Origin: Octopus sinensis
Lineage: Eukaryota
NCBI RefSeq assembly: GCF_006345805.1
Contig: NC_043000.1
Span: 30,814,001 to 30,878,000, forward strand
Reading direction: 5' to 3'
Length of the DNA stretch: 64,000 nucleotides
Notes under the pieces: generated by a model
What the model was told of the DNA's origin: nothing
The model's database searches: none
The model's input: the letters and a program-made list of their open reading frames with translations, nothing else
Translations under genes and position numbers: made by a program
Part shown: positions 13,448 through 25,832 of the stretch, in pieces
Layout: every line of letters starts with the position of its first letter
How positions within the stretch are numbered: the first letter of the stretch is position 1

Positions 13448-13606
13448 CTGACGGGCTTCCTTCAGTTTCCGCCGACGAAAGTCACAAAACTACTCACAGG
13501 GCTTTGGTCGGATAGAGGTTATAGTAGAAGATATTTGCCCAAAGTACCACGCAGTGGGACTGAAACCAGAGTGCTTGGGAAGCAAGCATTTACCACGCCT
13601 GCGCCT
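13446..13606 (-). mobile_element. SINE family B, 5' half
   Basis: Head homology (ttcagtcccactgcgtgg, gggcaaatatcttctactataacc). Confidence 0.8.
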
Positions 13607-13628
13607 AAGTATACATGCATATGTATAT

Positions 13629-13671
<43 letters not shown>

Positions 13672-13672
13672 C

Positions 13673-13730
<58 letters not shown>

Positions 13731-14149
13731 TATACATAACACAACACATATAGACATATAGAGAGAGATAGAGAGATAGATAGATAGATAGATACATACA
13801 TACATACATACATACATACATACATACATACATACATACATACATACACAGATATGACTATGTGGCATCACGTGGCGCTATGTGTACCTATACTGTTATG
13901 TATGTAAATGAATTGAGTGCTCAGTATGAGTTATGCATGAGAGGCAGATACAGGAATGACGGAATAATGGAATGATACAATTATTCTATTTACATCATGT
14001 CAATAGAAAGCCTGGAATAGCATTCAATAATTGAGTAAACATGGCGACAGGATGTATACAAATATTGCAATGACAGCATTGATGATTATCACGTGGCATG
14101 TGTGATGCATAATGTCGGTATCTACTTACACATTCGAATATGCAAAAAT

Positions 14150-14179
14150 AGTCTTCTTCCAATTCTTCTTCTTCTTCTT

Positions 14180-14210
<31 letters not shown>

Positions 14211-14630
14211 TCTTCTCCTCACTCATACTCTCCTTCTTCTCTCTTCTCTCCTCTTCCCCTTCTTCTTCTTCTTCTTCTTCTTCGCCTTCGTCTTCTTTTT
14301 CTCCTCTTCCGCCGCCTCCTCCTGGTTGTTGTTGTTGTTGTTGTTTTCTTCTTCTTCTTCTTCTTCTTCTTCTTCTTCTTCTTCTCATCATCATCATCAT
14401 CATCTTCTTCTTCTTCTTTATCTTCGTCTTCTTTTTCTTCTGTTTCTTCTCCTCATCTGCCTCCTCCTCCTTGGTCTTGTTCTTGTTCTTTTTGTAGTTG
14501 TTTTCTTCTTTTTCTTTTTCTTCTTCTTCTTCTCCCTCCCCTTCCCCTCATCATCATCTTCATCATCATCATCGTCGTCGTCGTCGTCGTCGCTGTCGTC
14601 GCTGTCGTCGCAATTATTGTTGTTGATGTT
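14150..14630. repeat. Compound (CTT)n/(GTT)n/(CAT)n/(CGT)n triplet low-complexity block
   Basis: Directly visible; source of poly-L/S/F/R ORFs. Confidence 0.95.
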
Positions 14631-15622
14631 AATATTTGTCCTTGTGTCTATGGTAGAAAAACTTTTGCAGATTCATTAGCTCGCTAGCCACAATGCTCGG
14701 CGGTATTTCATCTGTCTTTGCGTCCTGAGTTCAAATTCCGCCGAGATCGACTTTGCCTCTCAACCCTTTTGGGCAGGGGGGTCGATAAAATAAGTACCAG
14801 TTGAATACTGGGGTCGATGTAATTAACTTGCCCCACCCCATAAAGATTCCCACATGTTTGCTGTGGTTAACCTGTTACCCTCATGGCTCTAAAATCGTAC
14901 TTTGAGTTCCGAGCAGTAAGTTATTTTCTGGAGCAAGACCCTTAACTTCACCTTTCCCCCGTTCATTCCTTTATACATAACTTCAAGCTATAGCTTGGAA
15001 GTTACGCCTGCGAAAACCAGGCGTGGCGATCAGCAAACTGCGTTCTAACCTCAATCATTATTACGCAGGGTAAAAAAAACGGTTCTAGGGCTCATATCGA
15101 AACCTACGTTCTAAATCTTTGTTCTTATATTTTCAAGCTGAAGAGGAGAGACTATTTGGAGTAATAATTTTACAACAGAGTCACAGAAGGTAAATTAGTA
15201 ATGACCATTCGGGACAGGTACGACACTCGAGAGACTTCCTATGTGACTGCCTTCATCAGAGCTTTGTTCGTGGTTTCAACAAACCGCAGGTGCATTGTGG
15301 TACAAGCTTTCCCCCCAACCAAATGGTTCCCACTTCAGTCCCACTACGTGGCAACTTGGGCAAGTGTATTCTACTATAACTACAGGCCGACCTAGCAATT
15401 ATGAGTAGATTTGTTAGGGAGTAACTTAAAGAAGCCCACCGTATATGTATATGTATATTTCGGTTTAGCATTGCGTGACTAATATCATGATGTAGAACTG
15501 AATATACATGTATGTTTCAGAACGAATACAGAGCGGTGATAATCTGAAATTTTGGGGGAGAGGCTCAGTCGATTAGATCGACTCCAGTACGCAACATAAC
15601 ATAAATTTATTATTCTTGAAAT

Positions 15623-15679
15623 ATCATGCTGAAGACAGAAATGAATTTTATAATTCTAATCCCGAAACGCGTACATGAT
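15623..15679 (+). ncRNA. Minimal type I hammerhead ribozyme motif (PLE type)
   Basis: atcatg-CTGAAGA-[stem II with gaatt/aattc hairpin]-GAAA-cgcg-TA-catgat: perfect 6-bp stem I, intact core, palindromic stem III; base of stem II is mispaired. Confidence 0.7.
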
Positions 15680-16563
15680 TAATCGTAGACTGTTTGATTT
15701 CGTTATTTTTTCTTCTTTTTGCCTATGTGAGTTACAAGTATTACTGTCTGTGGAGTTATATTTGTAGTTAAAAGAATTAGCTGTTTTTGACTGCTGTTTC
15801 TAAATTTACGGTATGTTGGTGAAGCAACTTCCTGCTAAACCCTTAATTATATTTATAATTATAAATAAACTTTTTGTATAAGTTTTTACCGATAATGGTT
15901 TTTACCCATACCGAAACTACTTTGTAAAATTTATTAATTATTAAATTTGATAATTCTTTACCCTATATCTGTAATGATATATATATATATATATATTTCT
16001 ATATACAATCATATATATATACCACATACATACATATATATATACATACATACATACATACATACATACATACATACATACATACATACATACATACATA
16101 CATACATACATGCATACATGCATACATACATACATATAATAATACAGTGATATAATTATTTGGGATAGAGTGGAGAAACTTTACAGCTGTGGAAATCAGT
16201 GGCCCAGCAGATGTTAACATAAAGCTGAGAAATCTACTGAGAAATCTGCAGTTACTGTATCCAGATTAATAGTTCACGTTTATACCTGTAACTATTGGGG
16301 CACTGGGTTATGTAACACGCTATCTAAATAACAATCTTGCGAAATTAGGCTTCTTAAAACCTGAAAGGAGAAAGCTAATTCGAAGATTACAGATCCAATC
16401 CATCATTGGAACTGTAAAAATCTGTAAAACTTTCCAGAAGTTTATCATTTAAATATATATGAGCATCTCTTGATATGTAACTATATGCATGAGAATACAT
16501 ACATAAAGCATACAAATCTGTACATACATATATACATGCATGCATATATATATATGTGTGCGT

Positions 16564-16627
<64 letters not shown>

Positions 16628-16999
16628 ACATGTGACAATTATTCAATAGTCAAGATAAAACTCTGAGTTTCGGATGCCGAGGTGGAAAACCACAACACCA
16701 TCTCTTCGGTTATCTGGCCATATATATACGTATCATGTGTGTATCTTTGGGTATACCAACTAGCGGTTCGGCAAAAGAGGCCGATAGAGTAATTACCGGT
16801 CTTTAAGATAATTAAGTACTTGGGTTCGAGTCAGTCGACTAAAAATTCTTCAAGGTAGTACCCCAGCATGGCCGTAATCCAGTGAGTCAAACAGAAAAAA
16901 GTTTAAATGATTGAAGAAAGAGAGGTTGAGAAGTTTATGCATTTTCCAAGAGTATAACTACTATCCGTAAAGACAAATAATTGCAAATGAGAATTTAAA

Positions 17000-17520
17000 A
17001 TGGTTTTCGAGGTTCTGATTTGATGTGCCTTTACCTGCCATCCCATAATAGTCACGATTGTGAATTTCAAAATATCAAAAAGTGAAGAATAAATATTTGA
17101 ATTATATGGTAGAATTTATCCAAGGGATTAATAGAGCTAAACGGAATTAAGAGATTGGCTTGGAGATAAATTTGTCACATGTGGATGATAGAAGTGTTTT
17201 AAGGCTTTCTGGATTATTGTGGATAAAGAGAACTGGTAGCCAGGTTAGAGGTTTCAAAAAGCGATTAGAGAGAGCTGTAACCGCGACTGAATTAAGAACT
17301 TTGCGGTAAAACAGAAGAAAACAAATGATACAAAAGCTTTAGGGGTTGATGTTTGATTGTGCGTGAAGGGCAATATGAGATATGAGATGTTTGCTAGTTT
17401 GGTTTCTGGCCCCTTTAATGTGGATACCCTATAAGAGATGACAATTCTGCAATTTTAAACTCAAGAAGACATCTCCTTCAGCTGTTTTATTCAGTGCAAT
17501 TCTTGTACTCATTATTTATT
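17000..17520 (-). mobile_element. Degenerate Penelope-like GIY-YIG remnant
   Basis: Frameshifted translation ..VTALSNRF..YQFSLSTIIQKA..STCDK.. resembles T.LS..W.LK..I.W.I..KA..C.LC of PLE endonucleases. Confidence 0.35.
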
Positions 17521-17932
17521 GCAAGTGGGTGATAGCTCTGAGACTACGAGACCACGTGGTTTCGATCTGTATTGCATCTCCTCAGTGGTGGGTACTCATT
17601 CGCCAGGCACAACAGCAGTTTAACCTCACTTGCAATATATAGGAAACACTGTCATACAATCACTGATTTTGTAACTAGGAAACTAGACCATTATAAAATC
17701 TCTGTTCGAGAGAGAAGCAGTATACAAACCAAAAACTATTGCTTATGGCCATTTTAATGAGGCTATCATGTAAGAAATGCACTGAATAAACCAGCTGGAG
17801 GTGATGCCTTCCTGTGGTTAGATGGGAGTACCATCGTCTCTTAGAGGAAAGCCACATTAAAGGGGCCGTAAACAATGCTTTTCGGTGCGTATACTGCTTC
17901 TATTTTGAAGGGATTTTATAACAGACTGGTAC

Positions 17933-18016
<84 letters not shown>

Positions 18017-18043
18017 TCAAAATAAGCAATAAGAATGACTCCG

Positions 18044-18138
18044 GTAATTTGGTACAATTGTTTCGCACTACATCATTTTATTAAAAGTTGTAAGTATTAC
18101 AGCAGGTTTAAGATGCTGAGTGCTCATCAGCCAATTAC
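18044..18138 (-). ncRNA. Type I hammerhead ribozyme motif with long stem II
   Basis: Minus strand: gtaattgg-CTGATGA-gcact..(49 nt)..agtgc-GAAA-caattg-TA-ccaaattac; complete core, palindromic stem III. Confidence 0.85.
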
Positions 18139-18253
18139 ATAGCTTTTCCATTAATACAAAGGCTTTCAAATCAAGTAGTAACATTATAGAGAAGGTAGAT
18201 ATACAGATATCTGTATAAAGAACAAATAAATCTCCCGGAATACCGGTAAATCC

Positions 18254-19125
18254 CACTGAGTGACCACATAGACTCATGCGCTAAAGACAAAAATCCCAAA
18301 TTCTACATATTCCCCTTCTACCAATGTAAAGACGGGATCACCACACAGGAGAGAATTAACAAGGAGAATCTCTTTATTGAAAAATTCAAAACGCATCTTA
18401 ATATGCAAACTCCTCGTTGATCATACTTCTCTTTTCTCTACCTCATTCTTCATGGATGGACTAACACAAATATATAAGGATACCATGCAGTCATCACTTC
18501 AAGCTAAAACTTATATTCTTTAAATATCATTATTATTATTGTTGTTATTATTACTATCATTTTAATTATATATGACATAACAATCTGAAATGTAATTATA
18601 AATTGGTTTATGCAAATTTATATAATTAGAAAATAATATAAATAAAGTGTTAAAATCTGAATGTTAAGTTAGCAAACAATTATATAAAAAAGATAATGCA
18701 AATGAAGCTAAAATGATAATTTTATAATTTAAGGTTTATTAACACCCTTTATTACAAAAAATTGACAAACACAAATTGAAGAGCTTAAAAACCAAAAGAG
18801 TTGTCTCCTCTTATTCACAACACAGGAACTGGACTACTACTACTACTTCCTGTTTTGCCATCCACTTAAGAGACACCCTTAATTAAATTAAACAACACAT
18901 GGATTTAATCCCATTGGATCTCAATACTTCAAGGTAAACTCAAGTTACACAAAGACTTTACAATGTATCGGAGTACCTATTTTTTAATTTTTGTATATAT
19001 TTATTATTATTTTTTTTGCAAAAAACAATGTAATTTTCTTTTTTCCCCCTCCTCACATTTAAAAAAAAAATTTTCTTTACAATTCTTGAAAAGTCACATT
19101 ATGACGAAAACCGGTTTGAATTATT
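18254..19125 (+). mobile_element. 5'-truncated Penelope-like element (GIY-YIG C-terminus plus 3' region)
   Basis: PLSDHIDSCAKDKNPKFYIFPFYQCKDGITTQERINKENLFIEKFKTHLN fits the PLE endonuclease end (H..R..KE..I.K.KP.LN); decayed hammerhead at 19081-19122, then (TA)n. Confidence 0.7.
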
Positions 19126-19401
19126 ATATATATATATATATATATATATAGAATATATATAATATATTATTATTTTATCATTTTTCAAAAACTTTTTCCA
19201 TACACCCATTTTCATTAAAATTTTCTTTCAATTTAGCATTCTGACTTTTTACAATTTTTCCTTGCTTATCATTTCTCCACGTGTGGTCAACACAACCCCA
19301 CCATTTATTGATCTATATATATATTAATATATTATATATATATATATATATATATACATATATATACATATATATACATATACATATATATACATATATA
19401 C

Positions 19402-19447
<46 letters not shown>

Positions 19448-19650
19448 TTATATATATATATATATATATAAGTAACCCACATATGAACCGTTGGCCATTT
19501 TCTTCCTCTGTCTAGCCTTCTATTGGACTTACCTCTGTTTCCGAAGAAGAGCGTCTGCTCGAAACGGTAAACCATCTTTCTTTCCTTTCCTGAGCATCTG
19601 CTAATACATTACATGTGCCACATCCACGGGTTGTGTTTTTTGTGTTTATT

Positions 19651-19685
<35 letters not shown>

Positions 19686-19881
19686 TGTGCGTCTGTGTAT
19701 GTGTGTATACATATACATACATATATATATATATATGTACATATACATTTCTATGTATATATATATTTATATATATGTGTATATATATATAGACACACAC
19801 ATATATATACATATACATACATACATACATACATACATGCATACATACATACATACATACATACATACATACGTACATAAA

Positions 19882-19912
<31 letters not shown>

Positions 19913-20369
19913 TAGCTCTGGATATCTCGCTCTCGCTTGTTTCTGGATCATCTCAGTCGAGTCGAGAAGGTCTGTGATGTAGTTTGCAAGTCTTATTTTA
20001 ACATTTTAGCTTATGCAATTGCTGTTGAGGCAGCTATTCAATGCCCAGTCGAGTACAGTGACGAGCATGGAAGCCGCGAACCTGAGTAAAACCAGCTGAT
20101 GGTACAAAAATCTTTCGCATAGGCATTGCTGGCATTTTGTCCGCGCAATGGTCAGCGATAGCCTTCCTCGGTCACGAGTGGATAACCATCACCGTCGTCA
20201 TCATATACATACATTCCTACAATCACACACACACATACACACACACATACATGCATACATATAGCATACATACATATATATATTATATATTGTATTATAT
20301 TGTATCTATATCTATCTATCTAGGTAGCTATCTCTCTCTCTCTCTCTCTCTCTCTCGATGTATATATAA

Positions 20370-20402
<33 letters not shown>

Positions 20403-20559
20403 TGTATGTATGTATACGTCATGTCGAAAATCAAGGGCTGTACAACAGAAAATTATTGTGGAAAAAGACATGTTTTCCCAGCTCGAAATGTTAGCATACT
20501 TGTTATCCATAAACAAGATTTATAACTTTATACTATTTTGAAAAGAAAGATTGAGAAAA

Positions 20560-21099
20560 GAAAAGAATCCTTGTTGCCAAAGTTATACACTGCTTTGTAC
20601 AGTATAACATTACTTTTGAAATGTTAGTGATTGCGTCTCCTCCGGTTGCTCATTTCATTTCGTAGATATTATATAATGCTTCTCTTCGGTTAGGCAATAT
20701 GATTTTATTTTTGTGACAGCTCTTGTTGAATTTGCCATCTAAAAATCTCTCTGATTAGAAATTCTTGTCTCTACAAAATTGGCAAACAATATTCTTATGC
20801 TGTATGAATGGCGAAGAACATTTTCTCTTGAAATAATATTATTGTTAATTGTATTATTTTTAACTCTTGAATTTATTCTATTCTGGATTACGTTGGCGAT
20901 TCTCTACCTTGCGTTGATAACCATTTTCTTCAATGTTTGCGTTTCTTCTACTTTGGGAAATATTTGCATTTCTTTGTCTTGTGTTGATACTAATTTCTTC
21001 AGCTCTGGCGGCAATAACAATTCTACCTCTCGCTCCGCCAATTAGTATTCTTGTGTTCTCGCTGCATCGTCACTTCGCCGTCCTTGAGTTATTCGCCAT
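20560..21099 (-). mobile_element. Helitron Rep/Hel N-terminal remnant
   Basis: Translation VCQFCRDKNF*SERFLDGKFNKSCHKNKIILP..HFKSNVILYKAVYNF resembles C.HC.A..F..E....CC..GKV.LP..F..NIR.YN.AF.F; multiple stops. Confidence 0.6.
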
Positions 21100-21731
21100 T
21101 TTAAAAATATTTTTTCGGGTGTTATCCTTTTGTGCTTGTGTGTGTGCGTTTGTGCATGCGTGTGTGTGAGTTTTTCATGTTGATGCCATTGGTACGGAAG
21201 CACTAAACGCAGTCGAATAGTTGCTTAATAGGTTACACATAATGCCCAACATTGTAAGGAACACGGAAGAAAATCACCAAAAGGCTGGAACCGTATGCTG
21301 GTACTATCATCACCATCATCTCTATACACGCCACCACCGCCATCACAGACGCATTCATCATCAGCACAAACAAATTCAGCAGTTAGAACACATCTCCCAA
21401 CATGAACAAAAACAAGCAATCCTTCACTAAAAGGATTAATGCAAAAGTACTAAAACGATTAATGTAGATTAATCTCCATTATCTCCTCTATATTCAGTTA
21501 ACATTTTACACACCTATTTGTAAAAATAAGGGAATTATTAAAAATTAAAACCCCTCAATGACTTTTGGGCCATCCTGTATAAACCGCTAATAGTCTAGAA
21601 TCGACATTTCATCAAGCAAAATCTAAATATCACTAAGAATTATCTCAAGATTATCTACAGCTGAAGTTATGCCACTGCAAATGATATGAATAAAGCAATA
21701 AGCTTTATTTTAATTTTAAGCAATTCAAATC

Positions 21732-22052
21732 TTGTAGCAAAGATTGTTTGCCAACATAACATGACAGTACTAGTTTAGGACGAATGTTGCTGTAATTTAA
21801 CCTCAGGAGACGTCGTCTCCAGCTGGCTATACGACACGATCTCTGTCCTTATATTTTCGAACAAGTGTTTCTAGCACCCCCCACTCAGCTCAAGACAATA
21901 TCTGGGGTGCTAGATTCCCTTGTTCGAAAATATAAGGACACAGATCGTGTCGTATAGCCAGCTGGAGACGATGTCTCCTGAGGCTAAATTACAGCAACAT
22001 TCGTCCTAAACCAGGATTGCCATGTTATGTTGGCAAACAATCTTTACTACAA
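21732..22052. repeat. Foldback palindrome (149-bp arms, 23-bp spacer), MITE-like
   Basis: 21732-21880 is the reverse complement of 21904-22052 with roughly a dozen mismatches. Confidence 0.95.
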
Positions 22053-22400
22053 TGTACTGTTGCTGAAACTTTTCACGTTGTGAGATTTAAAAATAATAAT
22101 GTTCTAGTTCAAATTTTATTCAAGACAGTAGATGAGTAATTTTCATTATTTTTGGCAAAAGATTTATTTAATCTAAAATTTTCAGAATCATTAACTCGCC
22201 GGACAACATACTTTGCAGCATTTCGTCCGAAGCCATCATTATCTGTCATCTTTTCGGAGTCGATAAAATATGTACAGTTGAGCACTGTGGTCGATCCCAT
22301 CGGCTATTATCCTCCTCCGAACTTCCTCCCATTGCGCAAAAATTTGGAACTAATATTTTTTAATTCCCTTGCATCCATAAGATCCTTTCTCAAAACCGCT

Positions 22401-22436
<36 letters not shown>

Positions 22437-22561
22437 CATAGCAAAAATTTAGATTCGAATGAATATGGTACTTAATTTAGATGCACCAGAATTTTGTATG
22501 GTGTTATCCATAAAAATTTGTGGGGTGATTATAATCAAAATAAGCAACAAGAATGACTCCG

Positions 22562-22655
22562 GTAATTTGGTACAATCGTTTCGTACTACGTCATTTTATT
22601 AAATGTTGTAAGTATTACAACAAATTTAAGATGCTGAGTACTCATCAGCCAATTA
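22562..22655 (-). ncRNA. Type I hammerhead ribozyme motif, second copy of the 18044 family
   Basis: taattgg-CTGATGA-gtact..agtac-GAAA-cgattg-TA-ccaaattac; lies in ~190-bp segment 22536-22725 homologous to 18017-18205. Confidence 0.85.
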
Positions 22656-23684
22656 TAGAGGTTTTCCATTAATACAAAGGCTTTCAAATCAAGTGGCAAC
22701 ATTATAGAGTAGGTAGATATACAGACAAAGATGTAGATTTAAATTTTAAGAACATATGAGGTAGTGAAGTCCTTCCACTGACTGACCAAGACATGGCTGT
22801 TCCTAACTGCTATAAGGTTAGAAGTAATAAAGATTTTTTAATTGTAGAAATGGAGTAAAGGAGGTTTCAGAACACCATAAAAGGAATTCATGTTGAAGAC
22901 AGCAAGTGCCACTAACAAATGCCAATTACTACTATTTGGTGAAAGAAACTAGGTCAATGTCAAATGGTCATTAATCCCATTTACAGAGAGTGTAATTTAG
23001 AGAAAAAAAAGGGAAAAAAACCTATCACTTATTATTATGAGTAGGCATAGTATTTTATAACTGGGGGAAAGCCTTATTAATTTTAAAGCTAGATTAAATT
23101 TAGAAAAAAATTCCAATTTCAAGTTTGCAGTGAAGTTTTTTTAGTCATCTATGAATGTTAAATTGAAAGCTAGTATAGTATATTTCTTATTATTTGATTA
23201 TAAAGAATTAAAATTTGAAAAATATAGGAATGCTCACTAAATAATTATTTAAAGTATTTATCTATCCGTCATGATAGGTCGCTGGTGTATCGTAAATAGC
23301 ATTCCGCCAAGAATATTCTTTTCTACTCTAGGCGCAAGCATTTCGCCCGGCGTGCTAACGTTTCTGCCAGCTCGCCACCTCCATGAATATTTAAACTCAA
23401 CACTGAAAGCTTATGTCACTCCCATTGCACACAGACAACGATACTGTTTTGGTACTCTGCCACGAACTTCAAGCTATGGATCTAATACAGCATCAGTAAT
23501 CAGCCAGCTGATAGTAATTTATTTCGTATTTTTTCAGTTACGTAAGTATTTGGTTAATTGTGTAATACACATCATGATGAACAAAAGACGTGAATCATGT
23601 CAAAAAGATAAGTTGAATTGAGACTTTTCAAATGATTGTCTTTCTACCAAGTTATTTATAAACTAATATCACCACATCGTGTAT

Positions 23685-23983
23685 TGTTGTTCTCGAGCCA
23701 TGCCAGGCTCATAAGGGCCGGTTTCCCGGTCTCCTTGGCGTATAGGTTCCCCACACTTGGACGGGACGCCGGTCCGTCGCAGGTGAGCTGCAAGATGCAA
23801 GAGGAAAGAACGAGAGAAGGTTGTGGCGAAAGCGTCAGCAGAAGTTCGCCGTTACTTTTTGCCGGAGCCGCGTGGAACTTAGGTGTTTCACTCATAAACA
23901 CACACATCACGCGGTCTGAGATTCGAACCCGCGATTCCTCAAATGCGAGTCCGCTGCTCTAACCATTAGGCCATGTGCCTCCA
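23685..23983 (-). mobile_element. tRNA-derived SINE (family C head, different body)
   Basis: Head tggaggcacatggcctaatggttagagc..gggttcgaatctc; 3' part gacggaccggcgtcccgtcc..gaccgggaaaccgg shared with 47945-48152. Confidence 0.8.
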
Positions 23984-24519
23984 TACATCGTGTATTAAAC
24001 TTCAGAAATAAGAAAAACAAAACGGTTCCTCTTTTTGTGAATTATCTAACATATTGTCCACACAGCTTTTGAATTTATCTCATGTAAATATTATCTCCAC
24101 AATTTGTCTGCTTATATCCAGTGTTAAATACATTCAAAAATGGGGACCTCAGCTGCTTATCATGGATAAGAAACACTTAGCTACTTTGATGCTATTGACA
24201 GAAGCACGATATGGAAAAGGAGGACCTACCTAATAGGGAATATAGTTTCTGGGTGCGGTGTAGGAAAACGCATTTCAAATCCAGCTGCTAGAAGAAAAAA
24301 TAAAATATATGCCAATACATTTCCCAGAACAGCTTCCGTGTTTCCTTGTTTAAATCTTAACCAGCAAAAGTTTATCAATTCATCTCAGTATCACACAATA
24401 TGAATATGGAAGACAGTGATGAATGTGTTGTAGGGTGAGTCAGATAGTTCATTGGATTTTAAGGCTTCTGCTTACTCTTTTTCATGAAATATATCGCATC
24501 TTGTGATAGTAAATAAAGT

Positions 24520-24700
24520 GAAGGTACGTGGCAAAGTGGTTAAGGCGTTACGTGCACGATCGTAGGAGCGTGGTTTCCATTCTCAGTGTCTGACGATGCT
24601 TTGCTCCTTGAGCAAACAACTTCATTTCCTGTTGGCCCAGTCCACTCAGCTGTAAACGAGTAGCCATGTGACTGGCGTCCCGTTCGGGGGTGAGTGTCGT
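24520..24700 (+). mobile_element. tRNA-derived SINE with Deu-like central domain, degenerate
   Basis: ccagtccactcagctgtaaacgagta..actggcgtcccgt; related to 38540-38730 (-) and 47945-48152 (-). Confidence 0.65.
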
Positions 24701-25177
24701 AATCTCAGTCGCCTGTGTGTCCTAGAACACAAGATAGAATTGCTCACGGGTGGCGAGCTTAAGGCGGCGAGCTGGCAGACGTACTGAGGTCGATATAATC
24801 GACTTAATCTGTTTGTCTGTCCTTGTTTGTGCCCTCTGTGTGTAGCCCCTTGTGGGCAGTAAAGAAATAAGAATTGCTCATGGAATGAACAAAGTCCCAA
24901 CGTTTTCAAAACCGACTGATTAAGACGTCATAAGTATATGACAACAAACATATCTAAATGGACATTTTGGGGTTTAATCAATCGATCAGCCAGCATGCTA
25001 GACTTCTGATACAAATTTAAATTATAATACCCAGGAAAAACTATTGCTTTGATGCAATGACTCGGTTTTATGTCTGTGGTTCATAGCTGCGTTGTATCTG
25101 TTTTGGCGAATATTGCGGTTGTATGAAATCAGGTTTGTGTGTGTATTTTTATGATCACATACATACATACATAAATT

Positions 25178-25568
25178 ATTTTATTCCTTTTCTTGATTTA
25201 GTCACTAGACTGCGGCCATGCTAGGGCATCACACAGCAATATTTTTATATTTTTGAAGCCTGGTATTTATTGCATCGGTCTCTTATTGCCGAATCGGTAA
25301 GTTACGGAGACGTAAAGACACCAATATCGGTTATCAAGCGGTGGAGGGGAACAAACACACCCACAAAGACACACTCTCACATAGATACACAAACACATAC
25401 ACACACACACACATACATATACGACGGGCTTCTTTCAGTTTCCGCCTACCAAGTCCCCTCACAAGGCTTTGGTCGGCCCGAGGCTATAGTAGAAGACACG
25501 CAGTGGAACTGAACACGGAACCATGTGTTTGGGAGCAAGCCTCTTACGAGACAGCCACGTCTGCGCCT
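25178..25568 (-). mobile_element. SINE family B
   Basis: Near full-length homology. Confidence 0.88.
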
Positions 25569-25608
25569 ACACACACACGCACGCACACACACACATGTAG
25601 GTAAGTTT

Positions 25609-25801
25609 CCAGGAGTGGCTCCGTGGTAAGTAGCTTGCTTACAAACCACATCATTCCGGCACCTTGGGCACTACCTTGGGCACTATAGTCTACTACTATA
25701 GCCTCGGGCTGACCAAAGCCTTATTAGTGGATTTAGTAGACAGAAACTGAAAGAAGCCCGTCGTATATATGTGTATATATGCGTGTGTGTGTGTGTGTGT
25801 G

Positions 25802-25832
<31 letters not shown>

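Noticed and set aside
23905-23983. tRNA gene (also 13315-13393 and 48075-48152)
   Set aside because: A/B boxes are present but the cloverleaf is broken and the sequence continues into a SINE body.
24120-24360. Coding-looking stretch
   Set aside because: Stops in the frames I translated and no recognisable motif.
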